From NCBI GenBank assembly GCA_040382515.1, contig JBEIFH010000005.1, forward strand, positions 2,397-66,396: a stretch of DNA of 64,000 bases, read 5' to 3'. Below, in pieces: positions 1 through 9,497 of the stretch (the first letter of the stretch is position 1; every line of letters starts with the position of its first letter). A program made the translations under genes and the position numbers. The notes under the pieces are model-generated. The model was given only the letters and a program-made list of their open reading frames with translations, was not told the origin of the DNA and searched no databases. Source of the stretch: Chlamydiia bacterium. Lineage in GTDB: Bacteria; Chlamydiota; Chlamydiia; Chlamydiales; RGXB01.

Positions 1-103
1 ATTGGTAGATGTGGCTCAAGCGCACTAAAAAAGGGTGATTGAGAAGCTCCTCCTCTATGGGGGTAAACGGGATGAAATTATGGACGGGATCAAATATTTG
101 CAT
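1..103 (-). CDS. HD-domain phosphohydrolase (YdhJ/SAMHD1-like dNTP triphosphohydrolase), N-terminal part; runs off window edge
   Basis: Manual translation from ATG at 103: MQIFDPVHNFIPFTPIEEELLNHPFLVRLSHIYQ, matching the family's N-terminal DP(I/V)H...P.F.RL..I.Q pattern. Not in ORF track. Confidence 0.75.
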   Translation of the reverse strand, partial: MQIFDPVHNFIPFTPIEEELLNHPFLVRLSHIYQ

Positions 104-154
104 GGTTTCCAATTGTAGCTTTTCCCGGCTTATTCGACCGTATAAAAATTTATT

Positions 155-988
155 TTATAGATCAAAAGAGGACCTAGATTTAACAGTTCCGAAAAAAGAC
201 CAGAACGCACTCAAAGAAAACGCACTGATGAAACTCCAAACCCAGAGGGAAAAAGGATACTTTGCCCCTAAAATCTGGAATACGAGCCAGACAAACCCGA
301 AAGAACAAAGGAGCAACAGTCCGTTTCTGGCAAGCATCAACGGAACTATGGTTGATGAGGGGACCCCGAAAAATCTTAGATTCAGGATTCCCGTCACAGT
401 ACGGCGGTAAACCGATGCAAAGAGGGTGTTCAAAAGAACAAAAACACCTAAAAGAGCCCCTGTCCCCTTCCAACCAAAATTCTTTATGAGTGCAGATTCC
501 TCATAGAGGGTAAACCTAAGGGCCCTGGATACCTCTTTTTTGGAAATCGCCTTTAAAAACTCTTTTTTCATCCCGACAGCGTGATCGGGAACAGTCGCAT
601 AGTAGACCTTTGCCGCACCCGCAATCTTTTTGTCCACAGTGCCCTGCAAAACCTTCGTTTCTATTTTTTTTGCGTGCTCCAACTTGACAAAAGAGCCGGA
701 TATCGTGTCAGTTTCTACTTTCAAAAAAGGGGCGCCCCCTACGCTTGTGGGTTGCAGGACAAAACTTTCAAGCCTACCCCCGCCTACCGTCCGCGGCACC
801 TGGGAAAAATCCTTTCCGCTCATTTCGAATAAAACCAGCCCTTGCGTTGCCTCAACAAACGAGGAGGCTATTTGCTTGGATGAATGGTAAAATTTCACCT
901 CGTGTGCAAACAGAACAAAAACCGCAACAAAAACACCATGAAACAACCATTTTAAAGCGCTATTTTCCTGAATATATCTCGTTATCAT
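155..988 (-). CDS. Membrane protein with FtsX/MacB-like permease topology
   Basis: One N-terminal TM, a soluble loop, then three C-terminal TMs. YRRTVTGILNLRFFGVPSSTI resembles the RxxEIxILRxxGAxxxxI permease motif. Start moved to ATG 988. Confidence 0.45.
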   Translation of the reverse strand: MITRYIQENSALKWLFHGVFVAVFVLFAHEVKFYHSSKQIASSFVEATQGLVLFEMSGKDFSQVPRTVGGGRLESFVLQPTSVGGAPFLKVETDTISGSFVKLEHAKKIETKVLQGTVDKKIAGAAKVYYATVPDHAVGMKKEFLKAISKKEVSRALRFTLYEESALIKNFGWKGTGALLGVFVLLNTLFASVYRRTVTGILNLRFFGVPSSTIVPLMLARNGLLLLCSFGFVWLVFQILGAKYPFSLWVWSFISAFSLSAFWSFFGTVKSRSSFDL

Positions 989-1197
989 GAGGCACTCTCC
1001 ATTTCTGTCCCCAACGTATCGAAAGGAACAAAAAGCATAATTTTTTTTCTCTCTTAAAGATACCTTAAATCTTTTTTTTGGTAAAAAAATATCCATAAAC
1101 AGCGCAAAAAAAAATATCTTAAAAATGGGAGGTTTTTTATCCTTTCGATAAATAGGTCAAAATCTGAAGAGCTAAAAAGGGAGAGGAAAAGAGCGGC

Positions 1198-1374
1198 ATG
1201 GACGAGGAAATCAAGAAAGAGAAAAAGATCGTCAAAAAACTCCTGGAGGATGCAAAAGACGAGGCTCATAGAGAAAAAATATCCCTGGATGACCATGGGG
1301 ATACAATCGTAGGGAGCCGTTTAAAGAAGCCTAATTTTGATTTTGAACAAGAGGAAGAAAAAAAGAGCGAGTGA
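1198..1374 (+). CDS. Small highly charged protein (58 aa)
   Basis: MDEEIKKEKKIVKKLLEDAKDEAHREKISLDDHGDTIVGSRLKKPNFDFEQEEEKKSE*, purine-rich GGAGAGG upstream, fills an otherwise empty gap. Below the ORF-track length cutoff. Confidence 0.55.
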   Translation: MDEEIKKEKKIVKKLLEDAKDEAHREKISLDDHGDTIVGSRLKKPNFDFEQEEEKKSE

Positions 1375-1388
1375 AACACCCGCCCTTT
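1357..1388 (-). terminator. Intrinsic terminator after the 1415-2296 gene
   Basis: Hairpin 1362-1373/1377-1388 (G.U pairs on minus strand) followed by a U-tract on minus; T-rich on plus, so possibly bidirectional. Confidence 0.6.
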
Positions 1389-1414
1389 ATTTTTTTAAGA
1401 TCTATGGCTCTTTT

Positions 1415-2296
1415 TTAAGGTTTAAGTGAATTAAACTCGTTCAAAAAGTCTGCCATCTGACTAGCAAAATCACTCCCTGAGATCCCGAAATCATTCATTG
1501 TATTGGCAGCACGATGATCCGCCAAATCCTGCCTACTCCATGACCCATCCGCATAGCCGGGTGGATTTACATGATGATCCCCGGGGTTGGTAGCTTCCCA
1601 CTGACGGCAAATATTATAGCAAGGGTCATTGCCACTCCCAAGACCTACCTGTTGACAATAGCTTACCATGGTATTGATAAGGTTGACCATTTTGTTCGCA
1701 AAATCCAACAGGGGCTGGACTTTGTAATGTACGGAGACTAATTTTTCCTGATCTACAGCATTGTCCAGATCCCCCAAGGTAGATTCTAAATCGTCTTGAG
1801 ACATCCCGCCCTGGAGTTTGTCCTTGATGGACTGGAAAACGCTGGTGCTGGGAACATCAGTTTTGTAGTCACTTTTGCCGTCTGAGTTGTCATAAGTTTT
1901 TAATCCGCATAGAGCGAAGAACGACGCGGTAAGCGGATTCGCGCCATCCGGGTTATTCCATTTCATTGTACTCCCCGGATAGTTTTCATTGATAAACGCC
2001 GCAAATTCTATCTGGCTAGCGACGTCTTTATTCCCTGATTCTGCGGCCCAACTATTTATACCGTCCGGCCCGGGCCAATCATACTTAATATCTCCCTGCG
2101 GATCTTGAAAGATTCGTAAAAAGTTAGCGATGGCATCTTGGGCATCCTGAGGAATCCCTCCCTGAATCGCCTGCAAATAGGCATCCATCTTAGCTTTTGC
2201 AGCATCGGCGGTTGGGTCGTCCGGGAGGTCACTTGCGCTGCTACCATAGGTAGTGGAACACTGTGCGTTACTATAACTATTATTTACTTGTGACAT
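1415..2296 (-). CDS. Hypothetical acidic protein, candidate type III secretion substrate
   Basis: 293-aa ORF, strong SD (AAGGAG), own promoter and terminator, S/N/T-rich N-terminus, no recognisable domain. Confidence 0.8.
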   Translation of the reverse strand: MSQVNNSYSNAQCSTTYGSSASDLPDDPTADAAKAKMDAYLQAIQGGIPQDAQDAIANFLRIFQDPQGDIKYDWPGPDGINSWAAESGNKDVASQIEFAAFINENYPGSTMKWNNPDGANPLTASFFALCGLKTYDNSDGKSDYKTDVPSTSVFQSIKDKLQGGMSQDDLESTLGDLDNAVDQEKLVSVHYKVQPLLDFANKMVNLINTMVSYCQQVGLGSGNDPCYNICRQWEATNPGDHHVNPPGYADGSWSRQDLADHRAANTMNDFGISGSDFASQMADFLNEFNSLKP

Positions 2297-2339
2297 TTAA
2301 ACTCCTTTAGCTCTCCTTTCCAGAGGGCCCCTACATACT

Positions 2340-2368
2340 ATTTTAAAGGTTTTTTTATAAAATTTCAA
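2340..2368 (-). promoter_or_regulatory. Sigma70/sigma66-type promoter for the 1415-2296 gene
   Basis: TTGAAA-17 bp-TAAAAT on minus strand. Confidence 0.65.
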
Positions 2369-2427
2369 TATAAAATATTTTATATTTCGTATGTAGATAG
2401 AATCCATTAATGATGAACGGGTTTTGT

Positions 2428-3015
2428 CTAGAACCCTCTTTCGATTGAGACCTCAATACCCGGTTTCGGGGGCTTTTTTGATGAGGTGCCTCTTGGCTCT
2501 TTTAACTCTCTAAGAATGAGTCTGTTTTGTTCCCCTGCTATGGGAACATGAAACTGCGCTAAAACGGCTGTAGGCGATTGATTTGGGTCTTTATTTTCGT
2601 AACCGATAGAGCCTAATAGAGTTGTGCTTTTTGAATGATTAAAGTACTTCCCATCCACCAGAAAGTCCTCTCTCAACCGATTCTCGTAACCGGCCCCGAT
2701 CCCAAGGAAGATTTTCTCATCGGGCTTGAGCTCCCACCTATATAAATACTCGCCGGAACCCTTTAAACCGCTTTGACGGATCGGGGATTTTGGGGGGGCT
2801 ACCCCTCTATCCAAGTCACTGTGCTTTATTATAAAGGACCTCGCCCCCTGCTCCAATGTGAGAGCTTCTCCCTCGTCATCGGCAAAAAATTGCGTTTGGA
2901 CAATCGGTTGGTCTTCGACCCTCTTTAAATCCTCTTTTGTCAGTAACCTGCCAAAAGCGAAAAAGAAAATAGCTAAAAGCATAGATTTTCCAGTATTTGT
3001 ATCTATTTTTACCAA
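2428..3015 (-). CDS. Hypothetical exported protein, possible small outer-membrane beta-barrel
   Basis: Hydrophobic leader (MLLAIFFFAFG, likely start 2982), amphipathic strands (IFLGIGAGYE, LLGSIGYE) and C-terminal Phe (IEVSIERGF). Confidence 0.55.
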   Translation of the reverse strand: MVKIDTNTGKSMLLAIFFFAFGRLLTKEDLKRVEDQPIVQTQFFADDEGEALTLEQGARSFIIKHSDLDRGVAPPKSPIRQSGLKGSGEYLYRWELKPDEKIFLGIGAGYENRLREDFLVDGKYFNHSKSTTLLGSIGYENKDPNQSPTAVLAQFHVPIAGEQNRLILRELKEPRGTSSKKPPKPGIEVSIERGF

Positions 3016-3050
3016 AATCCCTATAGATAGAAACCCCGAAAATATTCTTT

Positions 3051-3082
3051 AAAAAGAAAGGGTCAGCTATCCAACTGACCCT
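3051..3082 (-). terminator. Intrinsic terminator after the lipoprotein gene
   Basis: Stem AGGGTCAG/CTGACCCT followed by TTCTTTTT on minus strand. Confidence 0.65.
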
Positions 3083-3115
3083 CACCGGCTTAAAAAATAA
3101 GTTAAATATTCGTAA

Positions 3116-3658
3116 TTATTGGTTTTGATTCTTCATAGAAGACTTTTTATCGGAATTTTTATCAGATTTCGACGATTTTTTTTGCTTGGAAGAATCTGAG
3201 GAGTTTTTTGAACCAGAGTCAGATTTCGAACTCGATTTTTTTTGGTTGGAAGAATCTGAGGAGTTTTTTGAACCAGAGTCAGATTTCGAACTCGATTTTT
3301 TTTGGTTGGAAGAATCTGAGGAGTTTTTTGAACCAGAGCTTGAATAGGCCAGACTGTCCTTAGTTTTGTAATTCGATTTAGAGCTCATCGAACCAGCGCT
3401 ATTTTTACTGGAGTTGCTTCCGTTTGAGGGGCTAGTTGCCCCCTTTTGATTGGTACTTTGACCTATACCTTGGGTCGAGGAGCCACTACTTTTAGGGGTA
3501 GATTGTGCAGAACTAGAGCTATTGGAATTCGTGGAATCGTCCATACCGGGACAGGTGGATCCGGCGCTGCTGGATCCTTTGGGAGTTGTCTGCGGCTCAG
3601 CTCCCCCGCATCCAATAACCAAGCCTGCAATGGTAAGTACTGCAAATATTTTTTTCAT
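3116..3658 (-). CDS. Ser/Lys-rich low-complexity lipoprotein
   Basis: Signal peptide with lipobox (MKKIFAVLTIAGLVIG-C); the rest is disordered S/K/N-rich sequence with 20-aa repeats. Confidence 0.8.
   Translation of the reverse strand: MKKIFAVLTIAGLVIGCGGAEPQTTPKGSSSAGSTCPGMDDSTNSNSSSSAQSTPKSSGSSTQGIGQSTNQKGATSPSNGSNSSKNSAGSMSSKSNYKTKDSLAYSSSGSKNSSDSSNQKKSSSKSDSGSKNSSDSSNQKKSSSKSDSGSKNSSDSSKQKKSSKSDKNSDKKSSMKNQNQ
3173..3338. repeat. 60-bp in-frame tandem repeat (about 2.8 copies) encoding SGSKNSSDSSNQKKSSSKSD
   Basis: Near-identical units at 3173, 3233 and 3293. Confidence 0.95.
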
Positions 3659-3753
3659 AAAATTTATCCTTTTTTATCTATTCCATACAACAGAATCGAT
3701 ATTTAAGAAATAAAATTATATTTTTTTTTACAATATATTGTGCTTGAAAGGGT

Positions 3754-3836
3754 TGCCGACGACCGGAGTCGAACCAGCACCTAGCAACCTAGGGTAGATT
3801 CTGAGTCTACTGTGTCTACCATTCCACCACGTCGGC
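3754..3836 (-). tRNA. tRNA-Leu(CAG)
   Basis: GCCGACG acceptor stem, anticodon arm GTAGA-CTCAGAA-TCTAC, long variable arm, GGTTCGACTCC T-arm; CCA not encoded. Confidence 0.95.
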
Positions 3837-3856
3837 AAAGATAACTTCGAAAGTTG

Positions 3857-3929
3857 TAGCGGCAGTCGGACTTGAACCAACGACCTGCGGATTATGATCC
3901 CGTTGCTCTACCTACTGAGCTATGCCGCC
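3857..3929 (-). tRNA. tRNA-Met(CAT), probably elongator
   Basis: GGCGGCATAGCTCAG...ATCATAA...GGTTCAAGTCC cloverleaf with paired 1:72. Ile2 cannot be fully excluded. Confidence 0.9.
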
Positions 3930-3941
3930 AGAAAGAAAAAA

Positions 3942-4014
3942 TGGCGGGGACAGGACTCGAACCTGTGACCTTCGGGTTATGAGCCCGACGAGCTTCCAAC
4001 TGCTCCACCCCGCG
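3942..4014 (-). tRNA. Initiator tRNA-fMet(CAT)
   Basis: CGCGGGG start with unpaired 1:72 and three consecutive G-C pairs in the anticodon stem (CGGG-CTCATAA-CCCG). Confidence 0.95.
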
Positions 4015-4029
4015 TCATTGATGTGTATC

Positions 4030-4059
4030 AACATACCTCTTACCTTGATTTAATCGCAA
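4030..4059 (-). promoter_or_regulatory. Promoter of the tRNA cluster
   Basis: TTGCGA-18 bp-TATGTT just upstream of tRNA-fMet. Confidence 0.5.
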
Positions 4060-4119
4060 GGGATTTATTTTCAATGCTCAATATCCAAAAATTAAAAAAG
4101 TGTTTATAGTTACAAAATC

Positions 4120-5358
4120 TTACGATATTACGTGATCAAGACCCACGGCTAAGAAAGTATTTTGAAGAGGTTTTTGAAAATCTTCCCCAATATTCTCTAT
4201 CTTCTTTACCTGCTCTTTTAAAACGTCCAAAGAGTCAATCAGACCTAAAACCACAGAGGCAATCGTAGCTCTTGTGCATTCAAAACCTATCGCCCTATCA
4301 CTTAAGATGCGTTTGAGATGCCTCTGTTTTTCTACGAACGGTCCATAAATAGGGACACTGCCGTATAAAACCGGTTCGATCAAATTATGCCCCCCTATCC
4401 CCTCGACAAGACTGCCCCCGACAACCGTGCATATTGCAGATCGGTAATATTTAGGCATCACCCCTATCTCATCGATAAGCAAAACGGAATAAGGTTCTAA
4501 GCCTTTGTAGGCCTCAAGAGAAGAGGATCGGCGAAAAGAGACCCCCATCGTATCCAAAAGAAGCGCAACCTCGTCAAATCGTTCCGGGTGCCTTGGGGCA
4601 ACCATCAAGAAAAGTCCTTTTTCAAAAAGTTGCTCAAGAAAAATTTTTTCCTCTCCTCTATGCGAGGAAACAAGTAAAACACCCTTTTTGCAAAATGGCT
4701 CCATAACAACCGGTTCCATGGCGGTTTTTATATCACCCGTAATGGATATCTTCTCTTTTTCGACCCCCAGCCTGTGAAGGCGCTCTAAAAAAATTTCAGA
4801 TTGGACACACCAGAAATCGACTGGCCTTAGAAGCAGATCTTTTACAAAAGGGAATATCTGGAGCCATCTAAACGTCCGTTGAGAGATTTTTCCATTGATC
4901 ACAACAACCTTTTTTGCAGCAGCAACCATATTGGGCCAAATATCCCCCTCGACAAGGAACAGAACTTTTGGATTTAGGCGCTTTACTAGAGTTGAGGTAT
5001 ACAAATCCGAAGGGAGGAGGACGGGGATAACGTTTTCAACTTTCTTCAGTTCCTCGAATCCGGTTTTAGTTAAAGTAGAAAAAATGATTTTCGTGTTCGG
5101 GTGGGCTTTTTGCAATCTTGCGATAAATGCTTTCGATGCGCGGACCTCTCCCAGTGAAACGGCGTGCACCCAAAAACAATCTTCCCCGCTTTTTAATTGG
5201 ACCTGGGGAACTGAAAGACCAAGACGCACAAGCAACACGCCTCGGTATTTCTTTTGAAACAGGTATTTCCAAATAAGAATAGGGGCGGCTAGAACAGTCG
5301 CCGTCCCTAAAAATAACGTATAAAAAGTTTTTAAAACAAAAATTCTACGATTAGACAC
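4120..5358 (-). CDS. waaA: 3-deoxy-D-manno-octulosonic acid (Kdo) transferase
   Basis: WVHAVSLGE, APRHPERF and GGHNLIEP motifs, N-terminal TM; coupled to leuS. Confidence 0.95.
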   Translation of the reverse strand: MSNRRIFVLKTFYTLFLGTATVLAAPILIWKYLFQKKYRGVLLVRLGLSVPQVQLKSGEDCFWVHAVSLGEVRASKAFIARLQKAHPNTKIIFSTLTKTGFEELKKVENVIPVLLPSDLYTSTLVKRLNPKVLFLVEGDIWPNMVAAAKKVVVINGKISQRTFRWLQIFPFVKDLLLRPVDFWCVQSEIFLERLHRLGVEKEKISITGDIKTAMEPVVMEPFCKKGVLLVSSHRGEEKIFLEQLFEKGLFLMVAPRHPERFDEVALLLDTMGVSFRRSSSLEAYKGLEPYSVLLIDEIGVMPKYYRSAICTVVGGSLVEGIGGHNLIEPVLYGSVPIYGPFVEKQRHLKRILSDRAIGFECTRATIASVVLGLIDSLDVLKEQVKKIENIGEDFQKPLQNTFLAVGLDHVIS

Positions 5359-7856
5359 TAGTCTTTAAGGCAAATATTCAAAATTTTATCAGGGACAAAA
5401 ATAACCCTCTCGATCGTTTTATCCACGTATTTCTGCACCTGAGGCACCTCCATCGCTTTTAACAGCACCTCGTCTTTGATCATCCCCTTTTCGATCACGA
5501 TCGAGGCGCGCACCTTTCCATTGATTTGGACAGCGATCTCGCAAGTAGCCTCCACAAGAAGCATCGGGTCATATGCGGGATATCTTTGGTACGCTATCCC
5601 ATTTTGAAAACCGAGCCGCTCAAAAAGCTCTTCTGCAAGATGGGGTGCAAACGGGCTCAATATCTTCAAAAAGTCACTCATAGCCTCTTTCGGGAGCTGT
5701 TTGTACTTTTGCAGCGCATTCACAAACTCCATCATTTTTGAAATCGCAGTATTGAGAGCCAGCTCCTCGATATCTTTTTGAACCCCATAGATAAGCTTGT
5801 GCGTCAAACGGCGGATTTCAACCGGGTAATCAGCTACGATTTCTTTACGTTCAAATAGATCGACTACCTTTAATAGAAATCTATGACATCCGACAATCGC
5901 CTCGTCGCTCCAAATTTTTTCTCTATCAAAAGGGCCCATGAATGTGACGTACAGGCGCAAAGTATCTGCACCATACTCTGCGACCACATCCAAAGGATTC
6001 ACTCCGTTGAGTTTGGATTTTGACATTTTTTCCAGTTGCTTTTTGACCAGCTGACCGTTTCTTTTATCGTAGAACTCCCCCTCTCGCTCCTCAACGTCGC
6101 TTGGCGCCACAAAACCACCCCCCGGAATTTTATATGCGTAGGCTGTGATCAACCCCTGGTTTTTTAGTTTCTTGAAAGGCTCTTTTGTTGATACAAGGCC
6201 TAAATCAAACAGAACTTTGTGCCAGAATCGGGCGTACAAAAGATGTAAAACGGCATGTTCTACCCCCCCGACATAAAGATCTACAGGCATCCAATGCTTT
6301 TCTAATGAAGGATCCCAAGGGGCATTTTTGTTGTGGGGATCCAAAAAGCGCAAGTAATACCAGCAAGATCCGGCCCATTGAGGCATCGTATTTGTCTCCC
6401 TTACAGCGCTCTTCCCCGTTTTAGGATCGGTAATGTGCACCCAGGAATCGACCCTTGAAAGTGGGCTTTGACCGTCTTCAGAGGGTAAATAATTTTCGAT
6501 ATGCGGCGGCAATAAAGGGAGTTCATCGTCATCAAGAGAGCGTTTAGTCCCATCTTCAAAATGGAGGACCGGGATCGGTTCTCCCCAGTAACGTTGTCTA
6601 GAAAACAACCAGTCGCGCAACTTGTATTGCGTTGTGATCTTCCCTATTTTCTTTTCTGCCAAATACCCGCCAAGCCACTTTGTCGCCTCTTCGGGTGTTT
6701 TGCCATTTAAGTCGACGTCGTTAAACCGGCTATTGATCAAAATCTCTTTATCACCCTGATTTGTGATGACGTGCAGAATGGCCAGACCAAATTTTTCCTG
6801 AAACTCTCTGTCTCTCTCATCGTGTCCAGGGACGCCCATCACGATTCCAGTGCCATAACCCATGATTACATAGTCTGCGACAAAGATCGGAACCAGCGCT
6901 TTTGTGATCGGGTGAATAGCCATGCTTCCGGTAAAAACACCCGTTTTATCCTTGTTCAGGTCGGTCCTTTCCAAATCGCTTTTGCGGCTCACCTCTTCTT
7001 TATATTTATTGACAGCCTCGTGCTGCCCTTTGGAAATCAGGCGGTCCAAAAGAGGATGTTCAGGCGATATGACCAGAAATGTCACGCCGAATAGTGTATC
7101 TGCCCTTGTAGTAAAAACGGATAGGGGGAGTCTTTGTCCGCTGCTTTCAAATACAATCTCCAGACCGTGGCTTTTACCGATCCAATTTCTTTGAAGCGCT
7201 TTCAAGCCGTCGGGCCAATCAAGCTCATCGAGATCTTCCAACAGTCGGTCTGCATACGCGGTGATCTTAAGAACCCACTGGCGAAGAGGCCTCCTCTCCA
7301 CCGGGTATCCCCCCTCTTTAGAAAAGCCATTTTCCACTTCTTCATTTGCCAAGACCGTCCTGAGAGCCGGACAATAGTTCACCAAAACGTTGGCCTCGTA
7401 AGCAAGCCCCTTATCGTAGAGTCTTTTGAAAATCCATTGGGTCCAGCGGTAGTAGTCGGGCTCGCTCGTTTTCACCTCGCGGTCCCAGTCGTAACTAAGC
7501 CCAAGAGCCTTGATCTGGGTCCTGTAGGTTTGAATGTTTTCCTCTGTCGTTTGTGCAGGATGGATCCCGGTCCGGATGGCGTACTGTTCAGCCGGCAGAC
7601 CAAAGCTATCCCACCCCATAGGGTGCAGCACCTCGTACCCCAAAAGCCGCTTGAACCTTGATACGATGTCCGTTGCGGTGTACCCGCTGGCGTGGCCCAC
7701 ATGAAGCCCGGAACCGGATGGATAAGGGAACATGTCCAGGAGGTAGTATTTTGGTTTAGCGGAAGAGGTGTCTGTTTTGAAAGTTTTGTTCTTCTCCCAG
7801 AAGGCCTGCCATTTTTTCTCTATTTTGTGGTGATCGTAAGCCATATAACCCTTCAA
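5358..7856 (-). CDS. leuS: Leucine--tRNA ligase
   Basis: MFPYPSG-GLHVGH (HIGH), KMSKS, GTGIVMGVPGHD editing motif. Likely start ATG 7844. Confidence 0.98.
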   Translation of the reverse strand: MKGYMAYDHHKIEKKWQAFWEKNKTFKTDTSSAKPKYYLLDMFPYPSGSGLHVGHASGYTATDIVSRFKRLLGYEVLHPMGWDSFGLPAEQYAIRTGIHPAQTTEENIQTYRTQIKALGLSYDWDREVKTSEPDYYRWTQWIFKRLYDKGLAYEANVLVNYCPALRTVLANEEVENGFSKEGGYPVERRPLRQWVLKITAYADRLLEDLDELDWPDGLKALQRNWIGKSHGLEIVFESSGQRLPLSVFTTRADTLFGVTFLVISPEHPLLDRLISKGQHEAVNKYKEEVSRKSDLERTDLNKDKTGVFTGSMAIHPITKALVPIFVADYVIMGYGTGIVMGVPGHDERDREFQEKFGLAILHVITNQGDKEILINSRFNDVDLNGKTPEEATKWLGGYLAEKKIGKITTQYKLRDWLFSRQRYWGEPIPVLHFEDGTKRSLDDDELPLLPPHIENYLPSEDGQSPLSRVDSWVHITDPKTGKSAVRETNTMPQWAGSCWYYLRFLDPHNKNAPWDPSLEKHWMPVDLYVGGVEHAVLHLLYARFWHKVLFDLGLVSTKEPFKKLKNQGLITAYAYKIPGGGFVAPSDVEEREGEFYDKRNGQLVKKQLEKMSKSKLNGVNPLDVVAEYGADTLRLYVTFMGPFDREKIWSDEAIVGCHRFLLKVVDLFERKEIVADYPVEIRRLTHKLIYGVQKDIEELALNTAISKMMEFVNALQKYKQLPKEAMSDFLKILSPFAPHLAEELFERLGFQNGIAYQRYPAYDPMLLVEATCEIAVQINGKVRASIVIEKGMIKDEVLLKAMEVPQVQKYVDKTIERVIFVPDKILNICLKD

Positions 7857-8097
7857 GATTGCAGCAGTTTTTTAGAAAAAACCGATGCAAATGATTTTTT
7901 AAATGTGTGCAAAAGGCATTTTTTAAGTTCTAATTACTACTCTAAAAAAATGCGCTTTCAAAGGTTCTCCTCAAGGGAGATACCCCCTTTTTCGAAAAAT
8001 ACTATACACGCTTTGGACCCCTTCTTGTCAACTGTTGACATAAGTCCAAAAACAAAGAAAAAAAGGATCAAGCCGAAACAAAGCCGTGATCTTAAGA

Positions 8098-8126
8098 TTG
8101 TTTTTTTTTCTTCAATCACCTAAACT
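8098..8126 (+). promoter_or_regulatory. Sigma66-type promoter 9 nt before the ATG at 8136
   Basis: TTGTTT-17 bp-TAAACT-9 nt-ATG. Confidence 0.4.
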
Positions 8127-8135
8127 CGACGCAGA

Positions 8136-9485
8136 ATGCAATTTGACGTACAATTTCAAAAGAAACATAAAGTCGATTTGTCCGAAATCCCTGTTGAGCA
8201 GGACCTTTTTTATCGGGCGCGCCTGGTGGAGTTAGACTCTCAAACGAGCACCCATTTGCTCGAGCTATTCTACCTTTCCTCAAAAACTACCGTTCAAAAG
8301 CTCAAAAACGCTCTTGACCTGACCGATGACGAATTACAAAATTTTTTTGAAAAGATCGCCTCTCTAGAGATCCTTTCTTTCGACAAAGAGGCGGTTGTGA
8401 TCGATAAAGATGTCAAAAAGAAAATAGAATGCCACCTCGAAAAGTTTTCTGAAGAATTCATCCCGGGAATCGAGTATTTCCAGACCTTGCTGAGGCAAGT
8501 ACCCATCAGTATCCTCCCCACCTGGTACCCTTTACCCAGAACTTGCGATTCCATTTTCTTGAGTCTAAAGGAGAGGATCTTTCAAACTCCTTCTCAGTAT
8601 CTAAGACATTTGCAGGAGGTTGAATCGGAAGAATACCCGGTACAAATACTAGTTCAAAGCCTTTTAGCATCCCCTCGTCATAGTCTGAGCCTTCAGGAAG
8701 TGGAGGAATTGAGCGGTTTTAAAGGGGGAGAATTACAAAAATTTTGCCTCTTTCTGGAATTCAACTTCATTGCGATTCTAACCTACAAAAGCTCAGGCGA
8801 GGGCTGGAGCTCCTATCTAGAGTTACCTGCCGAGCTAAGCGCCTATCTTAAAAAACAATCTCACCCCCTACCCTTTACATCGGTAATCCAAAACACAGTC
8901 GTACCAGATCGGGGCATCCCCCTCGCATTCGCTTTTGATCTGAGCCAAGTTATCCGATTTGTCAAAATGCACCCGGTGAGGGTCACGAAGGAAGGTATCA
9001 GGTATAACTTTTCCTCACCGGTTTTCAGTAAGCTGGTTGAAACTTTATCACTTTCGGTAGCCTATCTGGAAACTATCTTATCAAGGGGAATTGAGCTCCA
9101 GTTGCTCGAAATCGATCAGGGCTTCGTTACTTTACATCCCCAGGCAGAACCATGGCTCCTTTACTCGATTGAAAAGCAGGCTCTCACGCTCTTCAAAGCG
9201 CTTTGGATTCAAAAAAATCCAAATCTCAAGCAGGCGGAAAAAGGGCTTGCGTCGATTATTACAAATGGGTGGGTTTTAGCAGACGAAGTTATAAAGAATA
9301 TTTCCTATGGAAAACCCCATCTTGTCCGAGGTAGAGACGGTTTTGATTACGAAATCCAAGATGAGGTAAGACTCAATTACGAGAATCTCGAAACCCTTTT
9401 TGAGTCGGGGCTGATCGAATGGGGAACTTACGAGAAAAAACGGTGTCTACAGCTTACCGATTTAGGAAAACAGATCGCTCGCTAA
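8136..9485 (+). CDS. Hypothetical protein (449 aa), possibly winged-helix repeats
   Basis: Long ORF divergent from leuS; segments such as LFESGLIEW...LQLTDLGKQ look winged-helix-like. No firm family call. Confidence 0.75.
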   Translation: MQFDVQFQKKHKVDLSEIPVEQDLFYRARLVELDSQTSTHLLELFYLSSKTTVQKLKNALDLTDDELQNFFEKIASLEILSFDKEAVVIDKDVKKKIECHLEKFSEEFIPGIEYFQTLLRQVPISILPTWYPLPRTCDSIFLSLKERIFQTPSQYLRHLQEVESEEYPVQILVQSLLASPRHSLSLQEVEELSGFKGGELQKFCLFLEFNFIAILTYKSSGEGWSSYLELPAELSAYLKKQSHPLPFTSVIQNTVVPDRGIPLAFAFDLSQVIRFVKMHPVRVTKEGIRYNFSSPVFSKLVETLSLSVAYLETILSRGIELQLLEIDQGFVTLHPQAEPWLLYSIEKQALTLFKALWIQKNPNLKQAEKGLASIITNGWVLADEVIKNISYGKPHLVRGRDGFDYEIQDEVRLNYENLETLFESGLIEWGTYEKKRCLQLTDLGKQIAR

Positions 9486-9497
9486 ATGATTTTTTGA

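Noticed and set aside
1054-1296. 80-aa Phe/Leu-rich minus-strand ORF
   Set aside because: Antisense to the purine-rich small plus-strand ORF and promoter DNA; likely spurious.
3754-4014. tRNA cluster as an integration site
   Set aside because: No duplicated tRNA 3' end or integrase was found in the window.
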